Positions 13,704-26,430 are shown, numbered from the whole stretch's first letter. The stretch: DNA of 62,134 nt, filler included, from Sphacelaria rigidula (GCA_964200075.2; 7 parts of 7 records of this genome joined end to end with filler, not necessarily neighbours in it), one strand, 5' to 3'. The notes: generated from the sequence alone by a model not told the origin. Numbers and translations: made by a program.

Positions 13704-15102
13704 CACCCGTGGATAGATAGCACCCTGTGGGGCGCACTGTGCAGGGTCCGTACAGGGCCCTCCACAGTCTTCGTGAAAAAACCCTGACAGTGAAAATCCA
13801 AACCTGTACCCCGCGTAGTGTTTTGATGGGGTTTTCCCCAGGGTTGGGTCTACAGCCCGGTGTAGGCTTGTCGGCAAAGCCCTGCACAGTCATGTGGTGG
13901 TGTTTTGGTAATAAACCCTGAAGTTTTTTTTTTTTATTCCAAATATTTTCGGTACAAAATCTGTAAATTCATATATTTTCAATAGCTTGTCCTCCCGTCC
14001 TAGGTAAATTCCTCTTCACCCGATTGAAATCGGGCAAAAAGGAATTTATTTTGGACAGAAGGACAAGCTATTCAGAACAGATACTTTTCTCGCCCATTTT
14101 TGAAATGAGCGAAAAAAGGATCTACTTCAAACAGCTTCTTCTGCTGCGCAAATCTCATGCACACTGGAAGATTCAGGATTTGAACAGCAGAAGAAGCTCG
14201 AAATAATTATTTACTTTGCCCTCCAATTCATCCGGAGATTGGGGAGGAAGAGATTAATTACGAGCAGCGTCAGCTGCTGGGCAAATCCCGCATACTCACC
14301 GTTATCAGCATATGGGATCCGACAAGCAGCAAAAATTGTTGAAAGTATTTCATCCTCTTGCCCCCCGGTCCATGCACATGGGCTAAAGGATGAATAATTC
14401 TAAACAGCTTTTGCTGAATGGAGACTCGACGCACTGATTACGATCGAGTGTATGTCCACACGCCTACGAGTCTAGAAACGATGCTTTCGCTTAAAACGTG
14501 GATGTTGAGGTGGCGGCACACACCTCGCATATCGGTCTACATTGCTTGTGAAAACCCCGTGGTCCGCAGTCTACCAAATTCACTCAACCAAGTATGCTTT
14601 TGTGTAGACAGGTTTTTGCTTGATAGTTAGTAGAAGCACAAAGTAATTCCGCGGTCGACATTAAATTGGGTAGCTCAATGTACAACCTGACGCACTCCCG
14701 AGCACAAGTTTCACCCATGCCACTTTTCGACCATTTTTTCTGCCAGTACCATGCCCATGCTGTATGGAGCATATTGTATGCGTTCTATAAAGGCTGCACA
14801 GCATATTAACAGCGACGAATGCTACACGGAGTGACGAAATCCTGTGCAGCGCCCTGTGCGGGACAAAATATTACCCTACAGTCAAATCCCCGCGAGAAAC
14901 CCTGCACAGTTTCCCTGGTCCCTGTAGACATGCCCCACAGGGTGCTATTTGTCCACGTGTGCATGACCACTGTAGACAAACGCTGTGGAGCGCCCTGTGC
15001 TACGCTGGAAAACACTGTACAGTAAAACTCCCGCTAGAAACACTGCGCAGGGTACGTAAACCCTGTAGACCCCCTCCACAGGGTGCTATCTGTCCACGTG
15101 TG
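13704..15102 (+). mobile_element. Non-autonomous TIR DNA transposon with CAC...GTG termini (CMC/EnSpm-like), copy 1
   Basis: 27-bp TIR CACMCGTGGAYAGATAGCACCCTGTGG at both ends and dense subterminal CCCTGY.CAG repeats. An extra internal TIR copy ends at 14961. Homologous to 45355-48001. No TSD seen. Confidence 0.8.
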
Positions 15103-16819
15103 AGGTCAAAGGAGAGAAACCTGTGAATATTGTTCAGGTCTCGAGCGGCGTACTCGGAGGCAGCTACGTCTACACAGTAGCTATCCCTCAAAACATGCCG
15201 AGGCGGTCAGAGGCTGGAGTGGAGACTCGTGTACTTCATACTATCATACACTACTAGGCCAAGGGTAGGTCAAGCTTTTTTTAGTTTTCTTCATTTTCGG
15301 AGATGGATCGCGACGGGTTTACGTTTTCTCAAGCCGCAAGAGTGAGTCATTCATGTTTGCTCCAAATGAGTTGTCGAACTCCCTCTCTCTTATCCTCTCG
15401 GAAGTCTTCGGCCGACATACCCCGACTGTGCTAGAGGATTTGTCTCCGTGTTTGAGTAGTATACACAGTTTGTCTTATCTTTAGTTCTTCGCCTTCTCGA
15501 GCATCCTCTAGCGAACGTTTCCGGCTTGTTCGCTTTGGGTGCGTCTATCCTGTAATCACGACTGGATACCTCGGGTATCAGTTGATGTGCGACGATATAT
15601 CAATCGGTCGATCAATCAATCAGTTGATTGAGCATGTCGGAAGGTTAGCCTACCTGCGTTCACTTCTTGTCTCACGTACCATGTTTACCGCATCGGCTTC
15701 ACTGCCGTCAGTGACATGTCATCATCATTAGTATCAACGTTCGTGCGGGTGAAAGTCCACGATAAGGCAGCTGCTGGGGTCAATCACTCCCGGTGATTCA
15801 AACAAAGTAAGCAGCGATATTTGCGGTTACAGCTTTTTTTATGTCTCGCGCCCAAAGGCAGGCACACGGACGACTAGTTTCACGACATTGTCGAACTCGT
15901 TGCGATTTATCTCACTTATCAATCTATGCGATCTGGGGTTCCACGGTTTCAAGGGCAGTGCCCCTGGAGAGGTTCCAGCAGTAAATCTTGGTCAAAGTGT
16001 GGTCACAACAGATGCAAATGAGGTTGCCGAGTGGGTGAGTTACATATAGTTTACGCAAAGTAAAACCGTGGGGCAATTCGCCCTTTAGCCTCAGCGTTAT
16101 CCCTCTCATGTTCATGTTTCCCTCCCTCGTTTTCTCCACAGTGACGTGGTCACAGATCCTGCAATGCGGTGTCCGATTCAGAGCTCACGTCATGGGAGAC
16201 ATTTCAGGAGCAGGACGAGACGTAACCAAGAGGCACTGCTGCAGAGGCCCTCAAGCTGAACACTGTGTTTGCTCCGAAACAGGCTTGAGACAGCGACGTT
16301 TTTGTTTCAAGGCTAACATTTAGCACGTGATCACGTGGTTGGGGTACGGTCAGGATGTTCGCGCAGCATCGCCGGTGTTTCTTTAAATGTTTTGATCGGG
16401 ATACGCTGCTCAGATCTGGTGTCGGAAATCGTATCGGTTCTTATGCCTTCACTCGCTCCGGTGGGTGCACTACGTCGCTTCGTGTTTGACCTTACCGTCA
16501 AACAGGGTTTGTAACATTTTCTGCATCCTCTGCTTGCTATAGGTAAACAAGCAATCCGCCACCCCCCTTCCCCTCGACCCGGAGTTTCGATCAGCTTCTC
16601 GGAATAGCCCCACATGGATCACTACGGTTCCATCGCCGCCGGTTGCTCATAGCGTACCGTGTAAAAATATACCTCTTCAAGTTATTTTTCCTGCTCACTT
16701 CCAGTCCCTCCTCTTCCTCCGGACGCGTCCGTACCCTCGAGGGATCAATCGATCTCTCCCCCCGTGAACAGCTTACATTCTGGTGTAGCGGGTTCAATCA
16801 GCACTCCCGCACAGCGTCT

Positions 16820-17400
16820 ACCACGGACCCCCTACGGTGATACTAATTTTAGATGTGGACTGTTTACGTCCTGATGTGACCAATATAATAGTACTTTCGG
16901 TCATGTGTGAGAACCCGGCATGGCTTCAGCTCGTCGATTCTTGCTTTTTGCTTGCCCACTTGTTTTTTCAGACTGCGCCTTACGAGTTCAAAAGCCAGCT
17001 GCATTTCTTTCAATTACTTTCGTGTACTCTTCAGTATCTTGGCTGTGTGCTTGATTGGGAATGTCTAGGAACATGTGACCTGGCAACTTCGGCTGAAGTT
17101 CAAACGTGAGACAATACGGGGACTCCTGCACTGCGGTATTGAGCGACGTATTATACGCCATCTGCACAAAATATAGCATTTTCGCTCAGCTGTCCTGTTT
17201 GACAGAACTCTGCATCGCTGCAGTAGTCATGGCGTGTAAACTCGAGTATAATCGTTCTGAAACTGAGCTCCCTTGAGGGCAGAAAGGCGTTGTGTGCGTT
17301 TGCTCAAAGTTGCGGAGCGTTCGCAAGTGATGTACCCAATGATTCTTTGCCCTGATCAGAACGCAACTTATCTGGTATATCATGAAAGTTGTCAGAGCTC
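16820..17400 (-). pseudogene. Ty3/Gypsy integrase core fragment
   Basis: IPDKLRSDQGKE ... TTPFCPQGSSVSERLYSSLHAM ... FVQMAYNTSLNTAVQESPYCLTF...PKLP, which is the rve core and its downstream motif, with stops and frameshifts. Confidence 0.8.
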
Positions 17401-17683
17401 AGCATTTGTTTTTGTTGCTTCTGTGATACTTCCTCTGTCCCATGGGTAAAGGTATCTAAATTTGTACGGGCCCGTATTGATGTCCGATCGTTTATTTGTT
17501 TTTTAAATGAACTCTACAGTGTGTTTTGGGTCAAGAAAATGTGTTCAAAATTTGCAGCTCATGCTTGAGCCATGCCGCCGAAAGGCTGCAAAAAAAGGAC
17601 TTGGCCCAGAAATGGCCGTTTTTTGCCCCTTTCCGAGGGAAAAATAAGTGTCGGGTTTTTTTTTTTCCAATCGCCCCCGCCTT

Positions 17684-17783
17684 NNNNNNNNNNNNNNNNN
17701 NNNNNNNNNNNNNNNNNNNNNNNNNNNTTAATTAATTAANNNNNNNNNNNNNNNNNNNNNNNNNNNNNNNNNNNNNNNNNNNN
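17684..17783. other. Artificial contig-joining spacer
   Basis: N44-TTAATTAATTAA-N44. Confidence 0.98.
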
Positions 17784-17852
17784 CGTAGCTCATTACGTTT
17801 CTTCCATACATTACACAGGAACCTCTTACATATCTTATCTCCTTCCTGTTTC
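17784..17852 (-). mobile_element. 5'-truncated LINE fragment (oligo(C) family), cut by contig end
   Basis: Encodes KQEGDKICKRFLCNVWKKRNE, matching copies at 20203-20400 and 48004-48176. Preceded on its own strand by a C-rich run. Confidence 0.75.
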
Positions 17853-17974
17853 GGGGGGAGGGGGTGGGGGTCACTAAATCCCATACATGAATTAGAAATA
17901 AAGAAATAAAGAAATAAAGGAATAAAATAAAAAGTATATATAAAAATAAGGGCAATATACAAAAAAAGCTTAGA

Positions 17975-18072
17975 GGGGGGAGGGGGAGCGGGACGTACTC
18001 ATTTGTTGCTTGCCTTAGTCGTTTGACCATTGACCACGCATCCCTGACCCTGACGAGACCGAGCACCGTCCC
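17975..18072 (-). mobile_element. 3' end of oligo(C)-terminated LINE family
   Basis: Encodes ...GCVVNGQTTKASNK* then GTACG and a C-rich tract. Confidence 0.85.
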
Positions 18073-18650
18073 AATCGTCCCGGTAGAGGTGTCCTTCTGC
18101 CTCTTTTTCAACCATCGCACGAGCCCGCTTGTTCAGGTCCGCGCTCACAATATGACTACTCTGGTTGGGTGGGGGGGGGGGGTACTCCACTGCAGTCGTG
18201 AGCTGTAGGCGATACTCTCCCCACGCCAACGCAGAGAAAATCGGATAAACCGGAGATGGTAGTTTTCATCTAAAATGGGAGATTTTTGTGATTTTTTCGT
18301 AGACGGCGAGTTTCAGTTGTTTCTTCGCGTGCCACCGCCCATCCCAGCGAGCAGCTGATCCCAATGTTTGGAGGTCGGGAGATACTAGGCATTCGCTCCA
18401 CATTTCGGAACAAACCTCGTCTCTGCGCTCAATATTGAACGACTTCCGAGCTGAATCGACGGGTAGGTGTTGTTGACCGTTTCTGGTCCAAAACACTTAC
18501 TTTTGGCCTCTAGCATAATGAATACTGTAGGTAAAAATGAAAAAAAAGGGAGTTCTTAATGTCTTTCATGAGAATGATCGGAATCGGTTCACCCACGCCT
18601 GTGCCATGAAGACCTCTGTTGGGCAATTTCCGTTTTCGGGTACATTTCAG

Positions 18651-19702
18651 GGGCAGGTAGAGTAGGGTATACTCAAATGCGGGTTATTTGAAAGTCGTAC
18701 CTCAAGTACTCAAATTGGGGTAGGGTGTTAGAAGTCGTACCCATAAAATCACTGGGAAGCAACCCCTAAGACTACTTTGTATGGCAGTCGAAAAAACGGA
18801 TCTGTACACAGATCGGGGGATCTCAGTCAGATCCGGAAACGCACTGTATGGACCCCAATTTGGCCCAAATTGAGGAAGCTCAGATTCGTTTGTCACGATT
18901 CGAGAACGGTTTCACGCGAATCTGAGCGCAGATCCGTGGAAAATCGAGGTCCCCCGAATCTGTAACACTGCCGTACGTATGTTGACGTACAGTGCTGGGG
19001 CAACAGGCGTTTGGCATTTTTGCAACAACAGCAACAGACAGTCTCGTGACAGCACAGACAAGTGCCCGCGAGCGCCGGCTGCTGGAGCAGCTCCGCACGG
19101 AATTCGACAGGCGGACAAGAAGTGTTGACGCCGTACCCTGCGGTGATGACAAAATTTCATGCTGCGCTGTGGTGCTGTATGTATCATCATAACGAACCGT
19201 ACTGTACTATCCTACACTACTGTCGCGGTTGTTGCAGGGTGACGAATGACACTGCACTCGTCAACTCTTGTCGCACACTGTGCCCTGTTCTCGCAATACC
19301 GACTGCACCATCATGTATTGCCACACGACATTATCGGGTACTATGATGGTGGAGTGTACTGCACTGCATCATACCCTAGGGTACCACGGTACGACGCTGC
19401 TCTTGAAGTAGATTTTCCTGCCTGCCTGTCCTTCCGCTTCACTGTGATACCACACCCACCCAGATATTGACCGTTAGGGTACAGAACAATTTCAACATAT
19501 CTGTGAAACCATACAGGGGCACATACGAATCTGAGTTTCACGAATCTGGGTCCCCCCGATTTGGCACAAATTCGAGTCCCACCAGATTCGAGGTCCCCTG
19601 CCATACAAAGTGGTCTAACACCCTCCTTCAATTTGTGTACTGTACTGTAAAGTACGACTTTCAAAATACCCCGCAATTGAGTACACACTACTCGACCTGC
19701 CC
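18651..19702. mobile_element. MITE / non-autonomous TIR element, possibly PIF-Harbinger-like
   Basis: ~50-bp TIR GGGCAGGT.GAGTAG.GT.TACTCAA.TGCGGG.TATTT.GAAAGTCGTAC at 18651-18700 and 19652-19702. Inner IR CTTTGTATGGCAG at ~18776 and ~19598. Right flank is TTA; left TSD not intact. Confidence 0.8.
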
Positions 19703-20118
19703 TTAGTACTTTTTATTTTATTTTCCCGTGTAATATCCGTCCTTGGCGCTTGAAGCACCTAGCGTCGATAAATATTGGGAACAAAAGCAGGCCGTGTTTA
19801 TCACACAACCCCCCATTGGTGTTGTCGGGATAATACAGAGTAGGTATCTCGTTTATCAGGGGGTGTTATCTACCATCATTGGTCCAAAAGACACAGTGTT
19901 TAAGCTCCAGCGCAATAAATAGGTGGAAATAGAATACACAAGTAAGGGGATACTATCGAAAGCAATGATGGAGTCACTGAGAAATGGTGATGATACACAT
20001 ATCTACAGAGCACACGCACATAATCCACATACGCAAAGGACAACCAGAGGATAAGAAGGATATGGAAAGGAGCCAAGAGAAGAGACAAAAGAACAGCCAC
20101 ATCACAGAGAGCGGCGGC

Positions 20119-20400
20119 GGGAGGGGGGTTGAGGGACGTACTGAATTATTGCTTGCCTCAGTCATTCGTCCATTGACCGCGCATCCCTTTCGAGATGAAC
20201 CAGGGGGGGGGGGTACTCATTTGCTGCTCGCCTCAGCCATTTGACCATTGACCACTCATCCCTTTCGAGACGGAGCACCGTCCCCACTCCTAATAGCGAC
20301 ACCTCCAACATTTTGGCGCTCATTATGTTCCTTTCATACACTACACAAGAATATACATGCCTTACCCCCGTCCTGTGTCACCGTCTGCGGCCATCATAAG
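20119..20400 (-). mobile_element. Two tandem 3' ends of the oligo(C) LINE family (20119-20200 and 20203-20400)
   Basis: The longer copy encodes WPQTVTQDGGKACIFLCSV*KEHNERQNVGGVAIRSGDGAPSRKG*VVNGQMAEASSK*. The two copies are joined through a G run (C on the element strand). Confidence 0.85.
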
Positions 20401-21174
20401 TCTCCCAGTGTAGGGATCAAAGGGGGATGGGCGGGGGGCGCTTGAATCGCCATCGTTTTTACGTGGAACATGACTGTAGGACCTAGGTCCCCGTCATCTG
20501 TGGGTGCCTAAGGGGTTGAGCGCGACGACAAAACCAATATTACTACTGATAAGACTGACATTAGCACCAGCAACACGAAAAGACATCACCTTTCCGTTAT
20601 GCTAAAAAAGATGTCTTGACGAAGAACATAAAGACAAGAGAAAAAAAATAGAAAAACGGAGGGTCAGGGCCCATCTCATGTCATTGTCAAGGGAGCCAGG
20701 AGGATATATGAAAAAAATATTGCGTTTGGCGATTGACGCACTTGTATTTGGCACAGACGGTAGCTGCTACTTTGGGATTGGCAACCGATTACAGCAGCAT
20801 CTATCGATCATCACACGTCTATCGTCGATTTTTCCTCCATGAGTTTTTCGAATAATGTTTTTGGTCCCGTCAAAAACAGGTCGTTTTCAGTACCGTGCGA
20901 GTTCGCTTGTGCTCTTTGTCCACTTACTTGAATCTGTGCAGATGTTCTAAGCTCTTTGCTATGTCCAGACACATGTTGAACTTGTCATGTTTCCACTGCA
21001 GTTGAGACCCTCTTCCAGCACAGTCGCCAAGTTGCCTCGCTCCATCTAGTCAGCCTTCACAACCAAGCGACAAAACACAACAGAACAGTACCAGGTGTTT
21101 CTTAAAAAAATGCGGGAAACAATATGAAGCAAAACTCGGAAACATGAAGGAAAAGAAGAGAAAGGAAAAACAAA

Positions 21175-21200
21175 ACACACACACACACACACACACACAC
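21175..21200. repeat. (AC)13 microsatellite
   Basis: Direct reading. Confidence 0.95.
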
Positions 21201-21649
21201 AAGGATACACGCAACATGAATGAACAAAGGAACACAAAAAACGTAGAACGCAAAAAAAACACCAAACGAAAATATACACGAAAAGACAAAAAATACAGCA
21301 GTCAGCAGCAGAAGTACAGTATTCAGAACTCGTAATTTCTTCGTTTCCAAAAGATTTTCCAGATTTGTTTCGCTCGCCACCGCTCATCACAGTGACTGTT
21401 GGATGCCAAAAAGTCGGCATCTGGAGATCTTTTGATCCTCTCGACAAATGTTGAAAGAAAAAAATAGCTGTGATCGATATTGGAGTGACTGACGGGCTTG
21501 ACCGCTCTTCGGGGGTCCTGCGAAAGTGCAACCCCAGGTTCTAGCTTTCCGGTATTTTCGGTGGACCGACTCGATCCCAATCGTATGAGTGAAGACTCAA
21601 AAACGATTATTTTTTCTTAATTCCACATGTTCCCTGCGCTAAAGCCGGG

Positions 21650-22087
21650 AAACTATATTTCTTGGACCATTCACGATCCATGACACCTCCTGATAAACGG
21701 GGTATCTAGTCCGTATCGCACCCTCAACACCAACTTGGGAATCGTGATTCGAGCACAGTCTGCTTAATTTGCTGAAACTATCGATGCTAGCACTTTCGAG
21801 TGCCCATGGAAAATGTTATGCGAAAAAAAAACGAAAAGAGGCCATCCGCAGAAAATGCTACACCGAGTTCTGTGCAGTATAGGAGGGGAACACGACCTCG
21901 ATCGTTTTTGTGAAAATTTGTGTACGTATTCATATATCTGAATATTTACCCTGGACCAAAAACGGTCTATAACACCCCCTGATAAACGGGGTAGTTCGTA
22001 CCGCCCCAAAATCACCAACTTGAGCACTGCAGTTTGAGCGCGGCCTACGCTTTCCCCCTGAATCTACCGGCGCTAGCACGTCCGAGT
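21650..22087. repeat. Diverged ~150-bp direct repeat pair; third copy inverted at ~19790-19868
   Basis: Core ACACCYCCTGATAAACGRGRTA at ~21683, ~21972 and (minus) ~19845-19866, followed by CACCAA and, in the two direct copies, GCTAGCAC. Confidence 0.7.
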
Positions 22088-24839
22088 AGTAATAAAGAAT
22101 AGTACCAGAGAAAAACTCGAATACTACAACAACTACGGATTCTGAAAACTTCTGATGCTGACTACTATACAGAAAAAGACAAAAAACAGAAGAATGTGCC
22201 ATATGTATACCTCATTACGTAGCTAGATAAACAAAAGAAATTGTGTTGTCAGTTGTCAGCACAGGCCTACCACCATGGCAGAAAATACAGGACTTTCTAA
22301 TACGAGTAGGGAGTGATGATCACGTTCTTTCGATCGGCAAACTGCCTTCACCTGGGTGAAAATATTACATACACACAAAAGGGTGCAAAAAGTGTTACCT
22401 GCGCCGATAGATATATGCCCGCGACAAAAGAAGACAAAACAGGTACAGTACAACACACAAGAGCATGCCGAAAGTTGAGAGAACGTGCGTGAAACAGGAA
22501 AAAAAACTAAATACATGGAACAACAACCGAAGCACAAGACCTCTTGTATACATGGAAGTGAAAATACTCAATCCGGGAAACACAAGAAAACCTTCTCAAG
22601 TGCTCACGACCCTCTCACTCGCTCACGTACTCTCGTCCACAAGTCATTTTCCACGATCGCAAGAACTAACCCAACTTGAGAGCATATTTGCACATGCTCA
22701 TCATTGCTGCCACTCTACATGCTGACCGTCCCCATATATTTCACCATAAATCAACGAGACAAGACACATGTACAGAGATATTTTCTTCTCTAGGGAAAAT
22801 GCTAACGAATCTGCAAGGATCAAAGCGTATTTCTCCCCGGAAAAATAAATAAATAATCGTGAGTGTGATTCTACACTCCCCCCCTCCAAACAATACGACA
22901 GCCCAAAACTGTCACGAATAAAATGGTCATACAGCGCCTGATGCCATGTTTCAGGCTGCATGCAGCACCTCATATGGACGACATTGGTGAAAACGACCCC
23001 AAGCGTGGGAATTCACAGCTGCTCGTTGTGCTCTGCTTTTTTCATTTCGGTTCACGTGTCGATTTTGCCTCCCCAAACCAGCCGCTTTTCCGGGAGGGGC
23101 TATCGTAGAAAGAAAAAAAATGGGTTATGATCATTTCCCCCCAGAGGAACAATCCCGAGTCACCAAGCCATTTCCTCCTGATAAGAATGCCAGATAACCA
23201 ACACATTTAACTCTCAAGAACAGAAAACAACGGAAAACGTCAAAGTATCTTGTTTCTCACGGTCATCATCATCAGGCGTCGGCCTCGCCATGTTGCTCCC
23301 AGCAGCCTAACCATGTTCGGGTGATTCAGATCCTGTTCCAAGGCACGCCAGCACCAGCCACCACGGCCATTACAAACAAAAATAACTCAGTGGTTCAGTG
23401 GTTCAGCGGGAGATGACGATACTTGTAGTCAGCAAGATCCGTGTACACACCAGCTACTACCCACCAATAGCCTACATAGGTGACGGGAGACGATACTGCG
23501 GAGCCGTTTTGACGCAAACTAAACAGTGTCGAAGGCGTTGGGTGCATCGAAAACATACACACACACACACGACACAGAGGAACACAGACCTTGAGTCTTC
23601 ACAAGTCTCTGACTGGTCGAAGCCGAGCGGGATTGATGAACATCGATTCAAGATGAAATCAAGTAGGAATCGGGACGGTCCATGAAACAATTCGTATTCC
23701 ATCCAAAACGCCCAGGCTACAACTACCGTGCTTCATCTCTTGAACTCGGCACCATGACCACTTGAGGAATTGACCTATCAGACACGACCATGCGTCTATC
23801 CATCTATGAGCAGTCATGGAGTGCTTGTCACCGGTGTGCTCCCACATCGCAACCCAAAACATCAGCTGCTGTCGACAACGAATGAATACAACATCATGCT
23901 CAATGCGCAAGACCGGCTGCCGCGGGCGCTGTGTCCTGCTCCAGTTGTATGTAGAACGCATCTCAGGAGGTGTATGTAGTATGGACGTAGGTTGTGGATC
24001 TAGAGAGACTGAGTCTCTACTACTAGGACCAGTCAGCAAGCCGTTGGCTACTAAGGGATCACCTTTCGGGGGTGTTGTCTAGGGGGGGCGTACTCACGGA
24101 ACTCCAGGAAAGTCAGGAACGTTAGTTTCACAACTCAAGTTCAACATATGTACAAATCAAAGGAAGGGGGGGAGGGGGGGGAGACAGATGGAGGACAAAA
24201 TTAAAAAAACAAAAGGGAAATTGTTGTAGGGTGGCAGACAACACGCGTGTTGCTTGTCCAGAGAAAAAGTCTTCCCTGGAGAAACCACACATGTCAGAAG
24301 TCCTTGGGCGTCGAGATTGTGATATCGTGGACACTCACTATCTGGGGGGGGGGGGGGAAGGAAGGAATCAAATATTCCCAGGAAGATCACAAAAGTCAAA
24401 GCTTGATGAAAGAGAATACAAAAAAACTCCATGACTGGTCACACCGGTCTCTTCACCGCAGGCCTTGACATGTAAGGCAAGCCCTAGGCCCACTGCGGGA
24501 AGCACAGTACAGTAAGGCCCGACGCAGGAGAAACATTTTGAGGTGTACTCATCTCGCAAAAAAAAACATTCATGTACTAAGCTGGTGTTGTACGCCCCGA
24601 TTTCCGAGGCTCTAGACAGTACAGTGTAAAATACGATAACGCCAAACCGATCCACTTGATGCGCTCTTCCACCGACTCCGTACTTGTTGACCAGTTGACA
24701 TTCAAGACGTCTATCGTGAGTAGTTTCCCTCTCTCCTCTCGACGTCACCTCTTCCGTGCATCCTGTCAATACCCTTGTATATCGCGGTTAACATACAGTG
24801 ACGAGTGGATAGCTCCCACCCCGTCAGTATCTTCTAAAC

Positions 24840-25795
24840 ATCTTGAATAGCAGACGAATATGATCGCACTGTGGAGCTCTGGTTCCCGTGGCAGAAAACC
24901 TCAGTCGCCATGAACCTAGTGAGGGAGGTCACCCCGGCCAGCTCTCCGTCCTCTTCTCGTAACAGTGCATGCTCCCCTCGAGCTCCTCTCCATTCAACCC
25001 ATGTCTTGAACTGCCTTATGTAGCTTTTCTTGGTACTCCTGCCTACGGAAGCGAGGGCTAACGTTCCTACCACTGTAGCTCTTGCTCGTCATGTAAGTGC
25101 CCGTGTGGTTCTCCTGGTGAGTATTGAGGGAAACGAACCCGGGAAGGGAAGGTATGGTGCCAAACAGGGCGGCGATCATACATTCTATATTTTCGTTACG
25201 TCATTTCTTAGTCCATGAACAACCACAACTCATCGTCTAGTCGGCTTTTCGGCGACGGTTCTTGAACAACCACATCGAATATAGATTATCCCCGGAGACC
25301 GATGTCGTAATATTACCAGCCCCGTTCTCCTGTTAATTGCTTAGTCCTGTATTGAACCTGGTCCGCGAGCCATCTCGAAATTCCGTCGGCCAGGACATTG
25401 TCAATACAGTACCTCGAATGTGTGGTACTGTTGGACACTATCCCCATGTAATTTCCATCCGACCCATCATTCTCATGAGGAGACCAGCACGTCTGTCTCG
25501 AGAACACCCACACCGGGTCACCCACGATACGACTGAGGCGTTGTCGCCCAGCATCAATACGGGTTCTCCTGGCTCGGTCGTGGTTTTTCCCTCAAGAAAC
25601 ATCTGGATAACGCACGCCATCATCATCATGCCGCGCAACTTTAAAAGATTGATCGTGATGGAACAGTTTTCTCTTACTTTTGCTTCTCGGACTGGTTCCT
25701 ACGTAAGGGCAGGGGGAGGGGTGTATGGCCAGAATATCTTCAACTCTAGGCAGTATCCTCCAAAAGCGCCGGAGCTGGCCACGGAAAAATAGCAT
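24840..25795 (-). mobile_element. DIRS/Ngaro-type tyrosine-recombinase retrotransposon fragment (RNase H plus YR N-terminal domain)
   Basis: RNase H: FSVASSGAFGGYCLE..FW, INLLKLRGM, MLGDNASVVSWVTRCG, HIRG..NVLADGISRW. YR core-binding domain: SVGRSTKKSYIRQFKTWVEWR...GNQSSTVRSYSSAI. Frameshifted; the catalytic YR part is absent. Confidence 0.85.
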
Positions 25796-26087
25796 CGTGT
25801 GGCCCGACGATCAGTATCTTTACTGGGTGCTACGATTGAGGTTTCACCACATTCAATTGGTCCGAATAATCTCAGATGATCAGAGGCGAGAGAGGTGGAC
25901 GCTAGTAACGCCGACTGGTCACCTTCGCCGGGTTGTGGTTTTGCTAAGATAAAGGGATAGGCTTGGGGTTAAACTTAGAGTTAGGGTTATTCCCGTCAAG
26001 CACTTTTGACAAGGGATGGTGAGATAGTCCTGTTGATTCTCCTACCCGATTTTTGGTGCATCGTCTAGCCGACCCATTTTTCGCGCT

Positions 26088-26133
26088 TTCAGCATGTGTT
26101 ATCCTACTGATTCAGCATGTGTTATCCTACTGA
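26088..26133. repeat. Perfect 23-bp tandem duplication
   Basis: TTCAGCATGTGTTATCCTACTGA x2. Confidence 0.95.
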
Positions 26134-26355
26134 TTGCTACGTCGCTTGGGGTTGGGTTATCACTGTGTTTTTCCGAGTTGGGCGGGGTCGTACAAGGCAG
26201 TTCATTGGATTCTGCAAGTTGATGTGTTGCTGCCGATTTCAGAGGCTGTACATTGTGTTTTTCGTCATTTTTCAGGCAATGTATCCCACCTACTGACCTA
26301 TCTGCCTTCCAGGTCGGACCTATCTTTGGGGCGGTGAACCTGCGGGCGCGACGTT

Positions 26356-26430
26356 GGGGGGGGGCGTACTCATTTGTTGCTTGCCTTAGTCGTTTGACCA
26401 CTGACTACGCATCCCTTTCGAGACGGAGCA
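26356..26430 (-). mobile_element. 3' end of oligo(C)-terminated LINE family
   Basis: TGCTCCGTCTCGAAAGGGATGCGTAGTCAGTGGTCAAACGACTAAGGCAAGCAACAAATGAGTACG(C)9 on the minus strand. Confidence 0.9.

Noticed and set aside
15400-15720. Solo LTR
   Set aside because: LTR-like composition and a GTCGATCAAT motif are present, but no TG...CA boundaries with a TSD could be fixed.
21046-21531. Hydrophobic membrane-protein ORFs
   Set aside because: They arise from the antisense of an A-rich/(AC)n low-complexity tract.
26099-26401. Recurrent MVKRLRQATNEYAPP small-peptide family
   Set aside because: It is an alternative frame of the LINE 3' end, not an independent gene.
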